Shown here: one piece after another, positions 8,036 through 16,618 of the stretch
Numbering within the stretch: the stretch's first letter is position 1
Layout: each line of letters begins with the position of its first letter
Assembly: GCA_023474975.1 (NCBI GenBank)
Contig: JAMCXE010000003.1
Location: 1 to 35,300, forward strand
Origin: Patescibacteria group bacterium
Lineage (GTDB): Bacteria > Patescibacteriota > Minisyncoccia > UBA6257 > 02-FULL-45-10c
DNA: 35,300 nt
Reading direction: 5' to 3'
Translations under genes and position numbers: made by a program
The notes under the pieces: generated by a model
Told to the model about the DNA's origin: nothing
What the model saw: the letters and a program-made list of their open reading frames with translations, nothing else
Databases searched by the model: none

Positions 8036-8294
8036 ACGCAAATTTTCTATCTTGTCGAAACCTGCGCGGCCGAGCGGGCACGGTGCTCCAGACAATCATT
8101 TTCTCAAAAACAGCATAGTTTTTCCCAGCGGAAAAACCTGCTTCTCTCTCGGCGCTTTATCGCAGACGAACCGTGCTAAAGCGCCCCTAAGATGTTCCTT
8201 AAAAAGGATTGTCTGGAGCGAGCGAGGCGAGGAAATAGTGAGCGAACCCGCCGGGGTGAGCAAAGTGGGTTGAGAAAAATAGAAAATTTGCGTT
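8035..8294. mobile_element. MITE-like, non-coding, GC-rich element with perfect 16-bp terminal inverted repeats
   Basis: aacgcaaattttctat at 8035-8050 is the exact reverse complement of atagaaaatttgcgtt at 8279-8294. A nested perfect 13-bp inverted repeat pairs gctccagacaatc (8085-8097) with gattgtctggagc (8207-8219). The interior is far more G+C-rich than the flanks. The element exactly fills the yebC-ruvC spacer. Confidence 0.55.
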
Positions 8295-8307
8295 ATATAA
8301 TTAAATT

Positions 8308-8790
8308 ATGATTATTTTAGGAATTGATCCAGGCACAACCAGAATCGGATTCGGAATAATTTCTGAGGAAGGTAAAAAACTTTCATTAATTGACTACGGC
8401 GTCATTGAAAGCGCGCCAAAACAAGAAGCCGCAAGATCCATTCCGGAAAACTGCAAAAAACTGGCAGTAATAATAAAGAAGTATAAACCAGAAATAGCTG
8501 GAATAGAAAAAATTTATTTCGCAAAAAATATCAAAACGGGCATATCTGTTGCACAGACCCGCGGAGCGCTGATCCTGGAACTCACAAAGGCAAACATAAA
8601 AGTAAGGGAACTGAGCCCATCAGAAATAAAAAGTGCTGTAGCCGGATATGGACTTGCCGACAAAAAAGCAGTGGCCAAAATGGCAGCTGCCATTTTGGGA
8701 GTAAAAGAAGGTCTAAGGGGATATGACGATGCTTCCGATGCCGTTGCCATTGCCATAGCAACCGCCTTTTCTAAAAGTTTTGGTGAATAA
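8308..8790 (+). CDS. ruvC: Crossover junction endodeoxyribonuclease RuvC
   Basis: 160 aa. ILGIDPGTTRIGFGII at the N-terminus and DASDAVAIAIATA near the C-terminus. Confidence 0.9.
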   Translation: MIILGIDPGTTRIGFGIISEEGKKLSLIDYGVIESAPKQEAARSIPENCKKLAVIIKKYKPEIAGIEKIYFAKNIKTGISVAQTRGALILELTKANIKVRELSPSEIKSAVAGYGLADKKAVAKMAAAILGVKEGLRGYDDASDAVAIAIATAFSKSFGE

Positions 8791-8826
8791 GGGACGTTGA
8801 TCCCCCACATAAACTTATGTAGGGGA

Positions 8827-8854
8827 TTGACACTTTTATTGTCTTTTATATAAT
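8827..8854 (+). promoter_or_regulatory. Consensus sigma-70-like promoter: TTGACA, 16 nt, TATAAT
   Basis: TTGACA at 8827-8832 and TATAAT at 8849-8854, upstream of the 8898 ORF. Confidence 0.5.
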
Positions 8855-8897
8855 TCCTAAAAACCTTTATTAATAAAATATTAATACATACACACAT

Positions 8898-9182
8898 ATG
8901 AAAAAGGCGGCAGTAAAAAGATCTTCAAAGAAAATAAATAGCCCTGTCGGAAAATTCAAAAAACATGAAAAAGAAGAGGGTAAAAATTGGCTGGACGAAG
9001 AAAAAGAATGGAAAAAGGATGAGCTGGAAGACGAGCTACCCATCACAGAAGAAGATACAAAAGATCTATCTAGCGCCGAAGATGAAGATGATTGGATAGA
9101 AAAAGAGACTGGCGGATATGACGAAGAAGAATCCGGAAGCGTAATAGACGATGACATGATAGACGACAAGGATAATTATTAA
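8898..9182 (+). CDS. Small, highly acidic hypothetical protein (basic N-terminus, Asp/Glu-rich tail)
   Basis: 94-aa ORF with a consensus promoter upstream and a strong hairpin downstream. The antisense Ser-rich ORF 8870-9169 is taken to be its shadow. Confidence 0.5.
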   Translation: MKKAAVKRSSKKINSPVGKFKKHEKEEGKNWLDEEKEWKKDELEDELPITEEDTKDLSSAEDEDDWIEKETGGYDEEESGSVIDDDMIDDKDNY

Positions 9183-9187
9183 CATTT

Positions 9188-9216
9188 AATAACGGCCCGC
9201 ACTGCGGGCCGTTATT
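9188..9216 (+). terminator. Terminator-like hairpin (no clear U-tract)
   Basis: aataacggcccgc-act-gcgggccgttatt, a 13-bp perfect stem. Confidence 0.4.
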
Positions 9217-9231
9217 GGCTATAATAAATAT

Positions 9232-11745
9232 ATGAACAAAAAAACAAAACTGCCACTAGGAACCATTGGCATAATATCTCTTTTAGTGATCATAGCGGCG
9301 GGATTATTTTTCTATATTTTAATAATGAAGGACCTGCCTAGTCCTAGCCAGATCGAAAACAGAAAGGTAATAGAATCAACAAAAATATATGACCGCACAG
9401 GCCAAACACTCCTTTATGAAATTCATGGACAAGAAAAAAGAACCGTTATTCCCTTCACCGAAATTCCAGATTACGTTAAAAAAGCGCTAATAGCGCTGGA
9501 AGACCAAACCTTTTATACTCATCCGGCTTTTGATATAAAAGGAATAATAAGAGCCTTTATCTCGGATATTGCTAATGGCGGCGCATCTCAAGGCGGATCT
9601 ACTCTCACCCAACAGTTGGCAAAGAATGCGTTTCTTACCCAAGAAAAAACCATTACGAGAAAGATCAAGGAACTTATTTTAGCTGTTGAGCTTGAGCAAA
9701 AATACAGCAAAGACGAAATACTCGATCTTTATCTTAATCAGAGTCCGTTTGGAGGAAATAATTACGGCATCCAAGCTGCTAGCCAATCTTTTTTTGATAA
9801 AGATGCAAAAGACCTCGATCTGGCGCAATCAGCCCTCATTGTTAGTGTACTTCAAGCCCCAACTTATTACTCTCCTTGGGGTACACACGTTAAAGAACTC
9901 TACGCTCGCAAAGACTATGCTCTGGATCAGATGTATAAATTAGGATATATAACCGAAAAACAGATGAATAACGCTAAAACAGAGACTTTCAAGTTTGCGC
10001 CACAAGCAACCGGAATGAAAGCTCCTCATTTTGTGCAAGCGGTACAGGACTATCTCGACAACAAATATGGAGAAAATTATGTAGAAACCGCAGGACTTAA
10101 AGTTATAACCACCCTAGACTGGAATATGCAGCAATTAGCGGAAAAAGCAATAAAAGATGGCGCAGATAGGAATACTAGTCTTTATCAAGGATACAATGCC
10201 GCCCTTGTAGCTCAGGATGCCACCACCGGCCAAATATTGGCAATGGTAGGCTCTAAAGATTACTTTAGCGCTCCAGAACCAGCCGGATGTATCCCTGGAA
10301 AAAATTGCAAATTCGAAGGAAATTTCAATGTAGCTACTCAAGGGTTAAGACAACCAGGTTCAACAATGAAACCCTTTGCATATATTACCGCATTCGAAAA
10401 AGGATACACTCCAAACACAATGCTCTTTGATGTACCAACGGAATTTACCGCCAATGATCCAAATTGTCCGATCGATAATATAAACTACAACGGTAATAAT
10501 CCCGAATGTTTTCATCCCCAAGATTTTGATCCGGATTTTAAAGGACCGATCGATATGAGAAACTCTCTGGCACAATCAATCAATATAACTTCCGTAAAAA
10601 CTCTGTATTTGGCGGGACTATCGGATACATTGAAAACTGCTTCCGATTTTGGCATAACCACTCTCACTGAAAAAAATCGCTATGGACTATCTCTTGTGCT
10701 CGGAGGCGGAGAAGTTAAATTAATAGATCTGGTCGGCGCATATTCCGTATTCGCCCAAGAAGGAATAAAACACCAGCAATCAATGATCTTAAAAATAACC
10801 AATTCTCAGGGTCAAACGATTGAAGAATATAAAGATCTGGCCACGCGAGTTGTTGATGCCAAATATCCAATTTACATCAATGATATTTTGAGCGATACAG
10901 AAGCACGATCAGGACTACTACAAAACAGCTTGCCACTGACAATATTTGACGGCTATGAAGTCGCTCTAAAAACCGGGACGACCAATGATTATCATGATGC
11001 CTGGACCGTCGGCTACACTCCGGATTTCGTAGTCGGAGTTTGGGCCGGAAATAATGACAACACTCCAATGCAAAGACAAGGAAGCAGTCTTTTAGCTGCT
11101 GTTCCAATGTGGAGCGCATTTATGAAAAATGCTATAAAAACAACCCCTCAAGTTACTTTCTCTAAACCTAACCCGATTCTTGCTCAAAAATCGATACTAA
11201 ATGGACAGTTTACGGTAAATTTTAAGGTCAATGGAAGTTCTTATCCTCAAATCCATAATATACTTTTTTACGTAAACAAAAACGATCCTCAAGGTCTGTA
11301 TCCGGAAAATCCTCAAAACGACCCTCAATTCCAAAATTGGGAGATACCTGTATTGAAATGGGCAAATGACAATATCCCGGATTTTAACTCGACTTACAAC
11401 AAACCAATCCCTATAGATGAAATAAACCGATCTATTAGCGCTAGTACTAATTCCGCGGTAATAAGCGCTAACGTTGATTGGCTAAACCCTAAAAACGGAG
11501 ATTTTATAAAATCCGAAAACACCCAAGTCACGGCAAATATAACCGCTAACTTCGAGATCGGAAAAGTAGAATTATATTTTAACGGATCACTTATAACTAC
11601 CACACCTCAGCAATCCTTTGGAAAAAATTACATATTTAATTACAATTTAAACACTCAGATGGCTGAATCTCAAAACCTGCTTAAACTAAAAATATATGAT
11701 ATCGGAGGAAACTCGCTAGAAAGATCGATAATATTGTTCAAATAA
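9232..11745 (+). CDS. Class A penicillin-binding protein (PBP1A-type glycosyltransferase/transpeptidase) with about 200 aa of unassigned C-terminal extension
   Basis: 837 aa with an N-terminal TM anchor. GT51 motifs EDQTFYTHPAFD and GGSTLTQQLAKN. Transpeptidase motifs STMKPF (SxxK), a SxN-like SIN motif and KTGTT. Confidence 0.9.
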   Translation: MNKKTKLPLGTIGIISLLVIIAAGLFFYILIMKDLPSPSQIENRKVIESTKIYDRTGQTLLYEIHGQEKRTVIPFTEIPDYVKKALIALEDQTFYTHPAFDIKGIIRAFISDIANGGASQGGSTLTQQLAKNAFLTQEKTITRKIKELILAVELEQKYSKDEILDLYLNQSPFGGNNYGIQAASQSFFDKDAKDLDLAQSALIVSVLQAPTYYSPWGTHVKELYARKDYALDQMYKLGYITEKQMNNAKTETFKFAPQATGMKAPHFVQAVQDYLDNKYGENYVETAGLKVITTLDWNMQQLAEKAIKDGADRNTSLYQGYNAALVAQDATTGQILAMVGSKDYFSAPEPAGCIPGKNCKFEGNFNVATQGLRQPGSTMKPFAYITAFEKGYTPNTMLFDVPTEFTANDPNCPIDNINYNGNNPECFHPQDFDPDFKGPIDMRNSLAQSINITSVKTLYLAGLSDTLKTASDFGITTLTEKNRYGLSLVLGGGEVKLIDLVGAYSVFAQEGIKHQQSMILKITNSQGQTIEEYKDLATRVVDAKYPIYINDILSDTEARSGLLQNSLPLTIFDGYEVALKTGTTNDYHDAWTVGYTPDFVVGVWAGNNDNTPMQRQGSSLLAAVPMWSAFMKNAIKTTPQVTFSKPNPILAQKSILNGQFTVNFKVNGSSYPQIHNILFYVNKNDPQGLYPENPQNDPQFQNWEIPVLKWANDNIPDFNSTYNKPIPIDEINRSISASTNSAVISANVDWLNPKNGDFIKSENTQVTANITANFEIGKVELYFNGSLITTTPQQSFGKNYIFNYNLNTQMAESQNLLKLKIYDIGGNSLERSIILFK

Positions 11746-11773
11746 AAAAATAGATCAAAAATCTATCCATTTT

Positions 11774-12904
11774 TTAGCTGTTTTTAATAGGCATCAATAT
11801 ATAGAAATAAGAAAAGTCTTTTTGAGATCTGATCATCGCCGGGTGTTGATCGCCGTTTAATCCAAGCACGATCTCCTCGAGATCAAAGCTTTTCAAACCT
11901 TCAAGCAAAAACCTCCAATTAAATACTATCTCGAAATCTTCACCTTTTGATTTCATGGGTACCAAATAACGATTTTCTCCGATCTGTTGAGTGGACGAAG
12001 AAACCTCCATAACTTTCTTACCCTCCTTGCTTTTCAATTTAACGTCATTTATTTTTCCACTAAAATTACTAACCAGTCTTACCGCATTTGTAAAATTCTC
12101 TTTGGAAACGATACATTCGGTTTCAAATTTTTTAGGAACAATGGGATCATAATCCGGATAAGTTCCATCTATTAAACGCGATATAATTTCAACATCTTCT
12201 CCTTTAAATAAAATTTGATTTGGATCAAAATAAATATGAAGATCATCTTCCGACGCAGAACCTTCTTTTTTTGAAAAAATCCTTGGGATCTCTTGAATTG
12301 TTTTTAGCGGAATTATCGCTTTAAATCCTCTTATAAAGTTAGCTTTATAATCTTTGTCGAATAGAGTTTTTTCGGCCAACCTGACTCCATCAGTAGCTAC
12401 CAATTTCAAACTGGAAATCTGAAAATCGAACAGGATCCCGCTTATTTCCGGCCTTATTTCCGATATCTGAGCGCAATTTATAACTTTTAAAACCGCCTCA
12501 TTAAATACATTACTGCTAATCTTAAGGTTATTTTGCATATTGCCAATTTCGGGAATTATAGGAAAATCTTCTTCGCTCAAACCCTGGATTGCAGCTTCAT
12601 AATTATCTGTTTTTAAGATCAAATTATCTTTTTTTGATTCTAGACTCACTTTCTCACTGTCTAAATTAGAAATGATCCCATTTAAAATAGAAAAAGGAAC
12701 CGTTATTGAACCATCCTCGATTATCTTACCTGAAACATTCTTACTTATCGCTAATTCTAAATTTGTAGCCGTTAAGCGAATTTTGTTATTAAAAGTCTTT
12801 ATTAGGATATTTTTAAGTATGGGTAAATTATTATTTTCAGAAACAGCTTTCACTATTGAGTTCAAACCATCCTTCAAGTTTTCTTTTAGTATGAGTATTT
12901 TCAT
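11774..12904 (-). CDS. dnaN: DNA polymerase III beta sliding clamp
   Basis: 376 aa. The N-terminal pattern MKILILKENLKDGLNSIVKAVS..LPILKNILIK...IRLTATNLELAI is typical of DnaN. Located directly downstream of dnaA. Confidence 0.9.
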   Translation of the reverse strand: MKILILKENLKDGLNSIVKAVSENNNLPILKNILIKTFNNKIRLTATNLELAISKNVSGKIIEDGSITVPFSILNGIISNLDSEKVSLESKKDNLILKTDNYEAAIQGLSEEDFPIIPEIGNMQNNLKISSNVFNEAVLKVINCAQISEIRPEISGILFDFQISSLKLVATDGVRLAEKTLFDKDYKANFIRGFKAIIPLKTIQEIPRIFSKKEGSASEDDLHIYFDPNQILFKGEDVEIISRLIDGTYPDYDPIVPKKFETECIVSKENFTNAVRLVSNFSGKINDVKLKSKEGKKVMEVSSSTQQIGENRYLVPMKSKGEDFEIVFNWRFLLEGLKSFDLEEIVLGLNGDQHPAMIRSQKDFSYFYILMPIKNS

Positions 12905-13138
12905 TTATTTAATTAATTTATATATAAGATAGTAGTAGATGTAGTATTTGATAACATTGTGAATAAGTGCCTTTTGTTTAGTATTTATCGGTGTTAACTC
13001 ATGCACAGCCAGATGTTATTTAAATTTTATAGATTGTTTATAAGTGAAATGATCGTTGGATCTTATTAATTTATCCTATTTTTTATAACAGGGATAACTA
13101 TGGAGTATCCATAGGTTTTCAACAAAGCTACTAACAGT
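12905..13138. other. AT-rich dnaA-dnaN spacer with DnaA-box-like 9-mers (possible oriC part)
   Basis: tgtgaataa at 12958-12966 fits TTATNCACA on the other strand. gtatccata at 13105-13113 has 2 mismatches to TTATCCACA. Confidence 0.3.
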
Positions 13139-14509
13139 TTATTCTTTATTTATAATGTCTTTTATGGCTATTATTTTTTGATTAAGATTTTGATCTTTTT
13201 CTATTTCTGCGGAAAGTTTGTTGTAGGCATAGATTGCGGTTGTATGATCTCTTTTCCCGAGTTTTTCTCCAATAGATGGATAGGACATACCCAGTAATTC
13301 GCGTAAAAGATACATGGCTATTTGTCTTGGTTCAGCTACGCTGTTTTTTCTGCAACGCCCGGTCAGGGAATTGATATCTACTTCAAAATAGTCCGCAACT
13401 GCTTTTATAACTTGAGTGCTGCTTACATTTTTAACTGGCTGTTGAAAGCTTTCGTTAATAATTTCTTCTGCTTGTTTGGCGCTGAGCTCAACATTTTTAG
13501 TGGTTTGTACGAATAAAATTTTATTTAAAACACCCTCTAACTCCCTTAGGTTCTTTTGAACTTTTGAGGCAATGACATCTATTACATTGTCGGATAAGTT
13601 AGCTCCCCTATTTTGTAATTTGGTCTTTAAAATAGCCATTCTTAGCTCATAATCAGGGAAACCGATATCGGCGATCATTCCGCCTTCAAAACGAGATCTT
13701 AATCTCTCTTCGAGCGTAGGAATGAATCTAGGCGGCCTATCAGAGGAAATGATTATTTGTTTATTATTTTCGTACAAAGAATTGAAAGTGTGAAAAAACT
13801 CTTCTTCGGTTGCCGCTTTACCCCCAATGAATTGAATATCATCGATTATCAAAACATCTGTAAGACGATATTTTTCTTTCAGGTCTTCGGTTCTTTTGTT
13901 TTTTATAGACCAAATAACATCGTTCGTGAATTTTTCGGAAGAAACATATTTTACTTTTATTTTGTTGTTGTATTCTTTTTTGATCTCATTGCCTACAGCT
14001 TGAATGAGATGTGTCTTTCCTAGACCTACGCCTCCGTATATAAAAAGTGGATTGTATTTTTTTCCGACATCTTTTATTACTGCTGTAGCTGCAGCATGTG
14101 CTAACTCATTTGATGACCCTACAACAAAGGATTTTAATGTGTATCGGGGATTGAGATTCGTTTCGGGATCAACTTTTAATTCGGCAAACGATTGCTGAAA
14201 TTTTATATCGAAACTATCCGAAGACTTTTGTTTTGTGTGCGTGGCCGAGTGTCCGGAAGAATTTTTATTTTCAACTACATATTCTATTTTTTTTGTGCTT
14301 TCGTCAAAATTTCTTAAAACAGAAAGAATGATCTTGTTATATTTATTCTCTACCCACTCTTTTGCAAAATTATTAGGCAAACTCACAAATACGACACCGT
14401 CCTGTTTGTGAGTCAACCGACTATTTTTTAGCCAGGTAAGAAAATTTGGCCTAGAAATTTGTAATTCTACTTCGCTTAACGTTGATTGCCAAAGATGTTC
14501 TAGTTCCAT
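13139..14509 (-). CDS. dnaA: Chromosomal replication initiator DnaA
   Basis: 456 aa. Walker A GGVGLGKTHL, Walker B LIIDDIQFI, and the domain IV helix-turn-helix region (RDHTTAIYAYNKL). Confidence 0.95.
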   Translation of the reverse strand: MELEHLWQSTLSEVELQISRPNFLTWLKNSRLTHKQDGVVFVSLPNNFAKEWVENKYNKIILSVLRNFDESTKKIEYVVENKNSSGHSATHTKQKSSDSFDIKFQQSFAELKVDPETNLNPRYTLKSFVVGSSNELAHAAATAVIKDVGKKYNPLFIYGGVGLGKTHLIQAVGNEIKKEYNNKIKVKYVSSEKFTNDVIWSIKNKRTEDLKEKYRLTDVLIIDDIQFIGGKAATEEEFFHTFNSLYENNKQIIISSDRPPRFIPTLEERLRSRFEGGMIADIGFPDYELRMAILKTKLQNRGANLSDNVIDVIASKVQKNLRELEGVLNKILFVQTTKNVELSAKQAEEIINESFQQPVKNVSSTQVIKAVADYFEVDINSLTGRCRKNSVAEPRQIAMYLLRELLGMSYPSIGEKLGKRDHTTAIYAYNKLSAEIEKDQNLNQKIIAIKDIINKE

Positions 14510-14871
14510 ACCGGGTTTAAAAGATTTTTAATTAAATGTTTACGACTTAATTTACTACGACTTAATTTATATTGTTATTAAACCACCAAGCCGCTGTCTA
14601 TTTCAATCCCCGTCCGTATCGCATCGATTTTTTTATATTTTTTTGCTATTTGATACAAGTTAATTTTATTACGTAACCAACAGGAGTCAAATAGTGAAAA
14701 TATAACAATGTGTTAATTAGTTGTGGAGAACTTATTTTACACCGATCATGCCCAAGTTGAAAGTCAAAAGTCGAAAGTCGAAAGTTGAAAGTCAAAAAAT
14801 CTGAAAGTTATTAGAAAGTTTTTATTTTTGTAATTTTGACTTTTGAGCTTTGACTTGTTATTCTATTTGAT
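14510..14871. other. Divergent dnaA/rpmH intergenic region; candidate oriC and promoter region
   Basis: Classical oriC location. DnaA-box-like tgtggagaa at 14722-14730 has 1 mismatch to TGTGGATAA. The 13-bp direct repeat acgacttaattta occurs twice at 14542-14569. Contains AT-rich tracts. Confidence 0.4.
14757..14856. repeat. Heptamer tandem repeat NRAAAGT (5-7 copies) followed by its inverted copy, forming a long imperfect palindrome
   Basis: tgaaagt caaaagt cgaaagt cgaaagt tgaaagt at 14758-14792, more copies at 14802-14819, and inverted ttttgacttttgagctttgactt at 14834-14856. Confidence 0.7.
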
Positions 14872-15006
14872 ATGTCACAAACTTATCAACCAGCAAAAAA
14901 GAAGAGGGCTAGAGCGCATGGTTTTCTAAAAAGAATGAAGACGCCGGGTGGAAGGCGCGTTTTGGCAAGCCGCAGAATAAAAGGCAGGAAGAGATTGGCC
15001 GTTTAA
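14872..15006 (+). CDS. rpmH: 50S ribosomal protein L34
   Basis: Below the ORF-track cut-off. My translation reads [44 protein letters not shown] (44 aa, stop TAA 15004-15006). Canonical position upstream of rnpA. Confidence 0.9.
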   Translation: MSQTYQPAKKKRARAHGFLKRMKTPGGRRVLASRRIKGRKRLAV

Positions 15007-15023
15007 GCCTTGTTTTTAGGGCT

Positions 15024-15350
15024 ATGCTTGCAAAGAAATTCCGCCTGCAAATTCAATCGGTTTTAAACAAAAGCGGTCGCAACATCGGTAACCGCTATTT
15101 TTTATTGAAATTATTTCCCGGATCGGTCAATTACAATCGTTTTGGCGCGGTGATAAGCAAAAAGGTTCATAAAAGTGCCGTTTGGAGGAATCGTTTGAAG
15201 AGAATTATTATGGATGTTGCCGGAAAATTTATTGATGCGGGAGATCGTAATGGTCAAGAAGTCCTTATAATTGTTTCTCCGGCTATGACTAAATTAAAAA
15301 AAGCTGATATTATAAAAGAAATCGATGAATCATTGAGAAAGATTCTCTAA
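15024..15350 (+). CDS. rnpA: RNase P protein component
   Basis: 108 aa. FGAVISKKVHKSAVWRNRLKRII (RNR motif region), in the rpmH-rnpA-yidC synteny. Confidence 0.85.
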   Translation: MLAKKFRLQIQSVLNKSGRNIGNRYFLLKLFPGSVNYNRFGAVISKKVHKSAVWRNRLKRIIMDVAGKFIDAGDRNGQEVLIIVSPAMTKLKKADIIKEIDESLRKIL

Positions 15351-15422
15351 GGCTATAAAATTTAATTTTCAAGCCACTTCTGATTGAAGATTGGGATTTG
15401 AAAATTGAAAATTACAACAATT

Positions 15423-16124
15423 ATGTTCAACACATACCTATACATACCGCTTTTAAATATTCTTATTTTTTTATATAACAATTTTTCTTTTGGAAGCTTG
15501 GGTCTTGCTATTATATTGCTTACTGTTTTGATAAGAGTGATCCTTTTCCCTCTTTTTTATAAAAGCGCAAAAAGCCAAATGATAATGCAGAAGATCCAGC
15601 CGCTTATTCAAAAGATACAGAAGGATCACAAAGAGGACAAAGAAAAGCAGGCGCAGGCTCTAATGGACCTTTACAAGAAATATAAAGTTAATCCGTTTTC
15701 CAGCATTCTTATGCTATTTGTCCAAATTCCTGTATTGATAGCACTATATAGTTTGTTCAGATCCGACTTTTCTGCTATGAATTTTTCGGTTCTGTATAGC
15801 TTCGTCAGCGCTCCGCAGCATATCAATACTTTATTTTTGGGCTTGATAGATCTAAAAAGCAGCAGTATTATAATGGTAGTTTTGGCGGCAATTGCGCAGT
15901 ATTTTCAGGGCGCACTGACGCTTCCCAAAAAAGAAAAAGGAAAGGAAGTGTCCGCGGCAGAAAAAATGACCAGGCAAATGATCTATTATACCCCGCTTTT
16001 TACCGTTCTCGTTCTTTGGAAGATGCCTTCAGCCATTGGTCTTTATTGGTTGGTTACTTCTCTTTTTTCGGTGGGTCAGCAAATTTATATAAATAAAAAA
16101 GTTAAAGTTAATATTAACGAATAA
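15423..16124 (+). CDS. yidC: Membrane protein insertase YidC (short, Oxa1-like form)
   Basis: LLTVLIRVILFPL, KYKVNPFSSILMLFVQIPVLIALY and GLYWLVTSLFSVGQQ. The ORF track starts at TTG 15405; I prefer ATG 15423. Confidence 0.85.
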   Translation: MFNTYLYIPLLNILIFLYNNFSFGSLGLAIILLTVLIRVILFPLFYKSAKSQMIMQKIQPLIQKIQKDHKEDKEKQAQALMDLYKKYKVNPFSSILMLFVQIPVLIALYSLFRSDFSAMNFSVLYSFVSAPQHINTLFLGLIDLKSSSIIMVVLAAIAQYFQGALTLPKKEKGKEVSAAEKMTRQMIYYTPLFTVLVLWKMPSAIGLYWLVTSLFSVGQQIYINKKVKVNINE

Positions 16125-16127
16125 CAT

Positions 16128-16574
16128 ATGAGCAATACAGAAAGCGTTAAAAACAAAATAAAAGAGCTTTTAGAATTGGGAGGGTTCAGAGATTTTTCCG
16201 CAGAAGCCGATATCGAGGGCAAGAGGATTTCGATATTTATTAACGAATTCAACCTCGATAAAAGCGTTCTTCCTAAAATAATTGCCGATTTTGAGAGAGT
16301 GGCCAGACTTATTTCAAAGAAATTAGATCCTGCCATTGAAGATAATTTGATCCTAGATATTAATAATTACAGACGAGAGAGAGAGCGGCTCATCGCTGAA
16401 TTAGCTAAGGCTGCCGCTAGAAAGGTTTTGATCAACAAGCAAGAGGTCACATTGCCGGCGATGAATGCCTTCGAGAGAAGAATAGTCCATATGGAGCTTG
16501 CCAGTAGGCCCGACGTCAAAACCGAAAGCTTTGGAGTGGGTCCAGAAAGGCACATCGTGATCAAGCCAATATAA
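16128..16574 (+). CDS. jag: Jag/KhpB-like RNA-binding protein (KH plus R3H)
   Basis: 148 aa with the R3H region NAFERRIVHMELASRPDVKTESFGVGPERHIVIKP. Lies immediately after yidC, as in many bacteria. Confidence 0.8.
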   Translation: MSNTESVKNKIKELLELGGFRDFSAEADIEGKRISIFINEFNLDKSVLPKIIADFERVARLISKKLDPAIEDNLILDINNYRRERERLIAELAKAAARKVLINKQEVTLPAMNAFERRIVHMELASRPDVKTESFGVGPERHIVIKPI

Positions 16575-16585
16575 TGCATAAAAAT

Positions 16586-16616
16586 AAAAAACCACCCAAA
16601 AAGGGTGGTTTTTTAT
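16586..16616. terminator. Bidirectional rho-independent terminator between convergent genes
   Basis: aaaaaaccaccc-aaaaa-gggtggtttttt, with A/T runs on both sides. Sits between jag (+) and the last gene of the minus-strand cluster. Confidence 0.7.
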
Positions 16617-16618
16617 TG

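Noticed and set aside
7980-8273. 97-aa plus-strand ORF spanning the end of yebC and the inverted-repeat-bounded element
   Set aside because: Its translation is the read-through of a GC-rich palindromic element (Arg/Ser/Gly/Pro-rich). It overlaps the yebC 3' end and has no start context.
8870-9169. 99-aa Ser-rich minus-strand ORF
   Set aside because: It is the antisense shadow of the Asp/Glu-rich plus-strand ORF. The plus-strand ORF has a consensus promoter upstream and a hairpin downstream.
16367-16595. Two minus-strand ORFs (70 and 64 aa) antisense to jag
   Set aside because: They lie entirely inside the R3H-domain coding region of jag and have no independent support.
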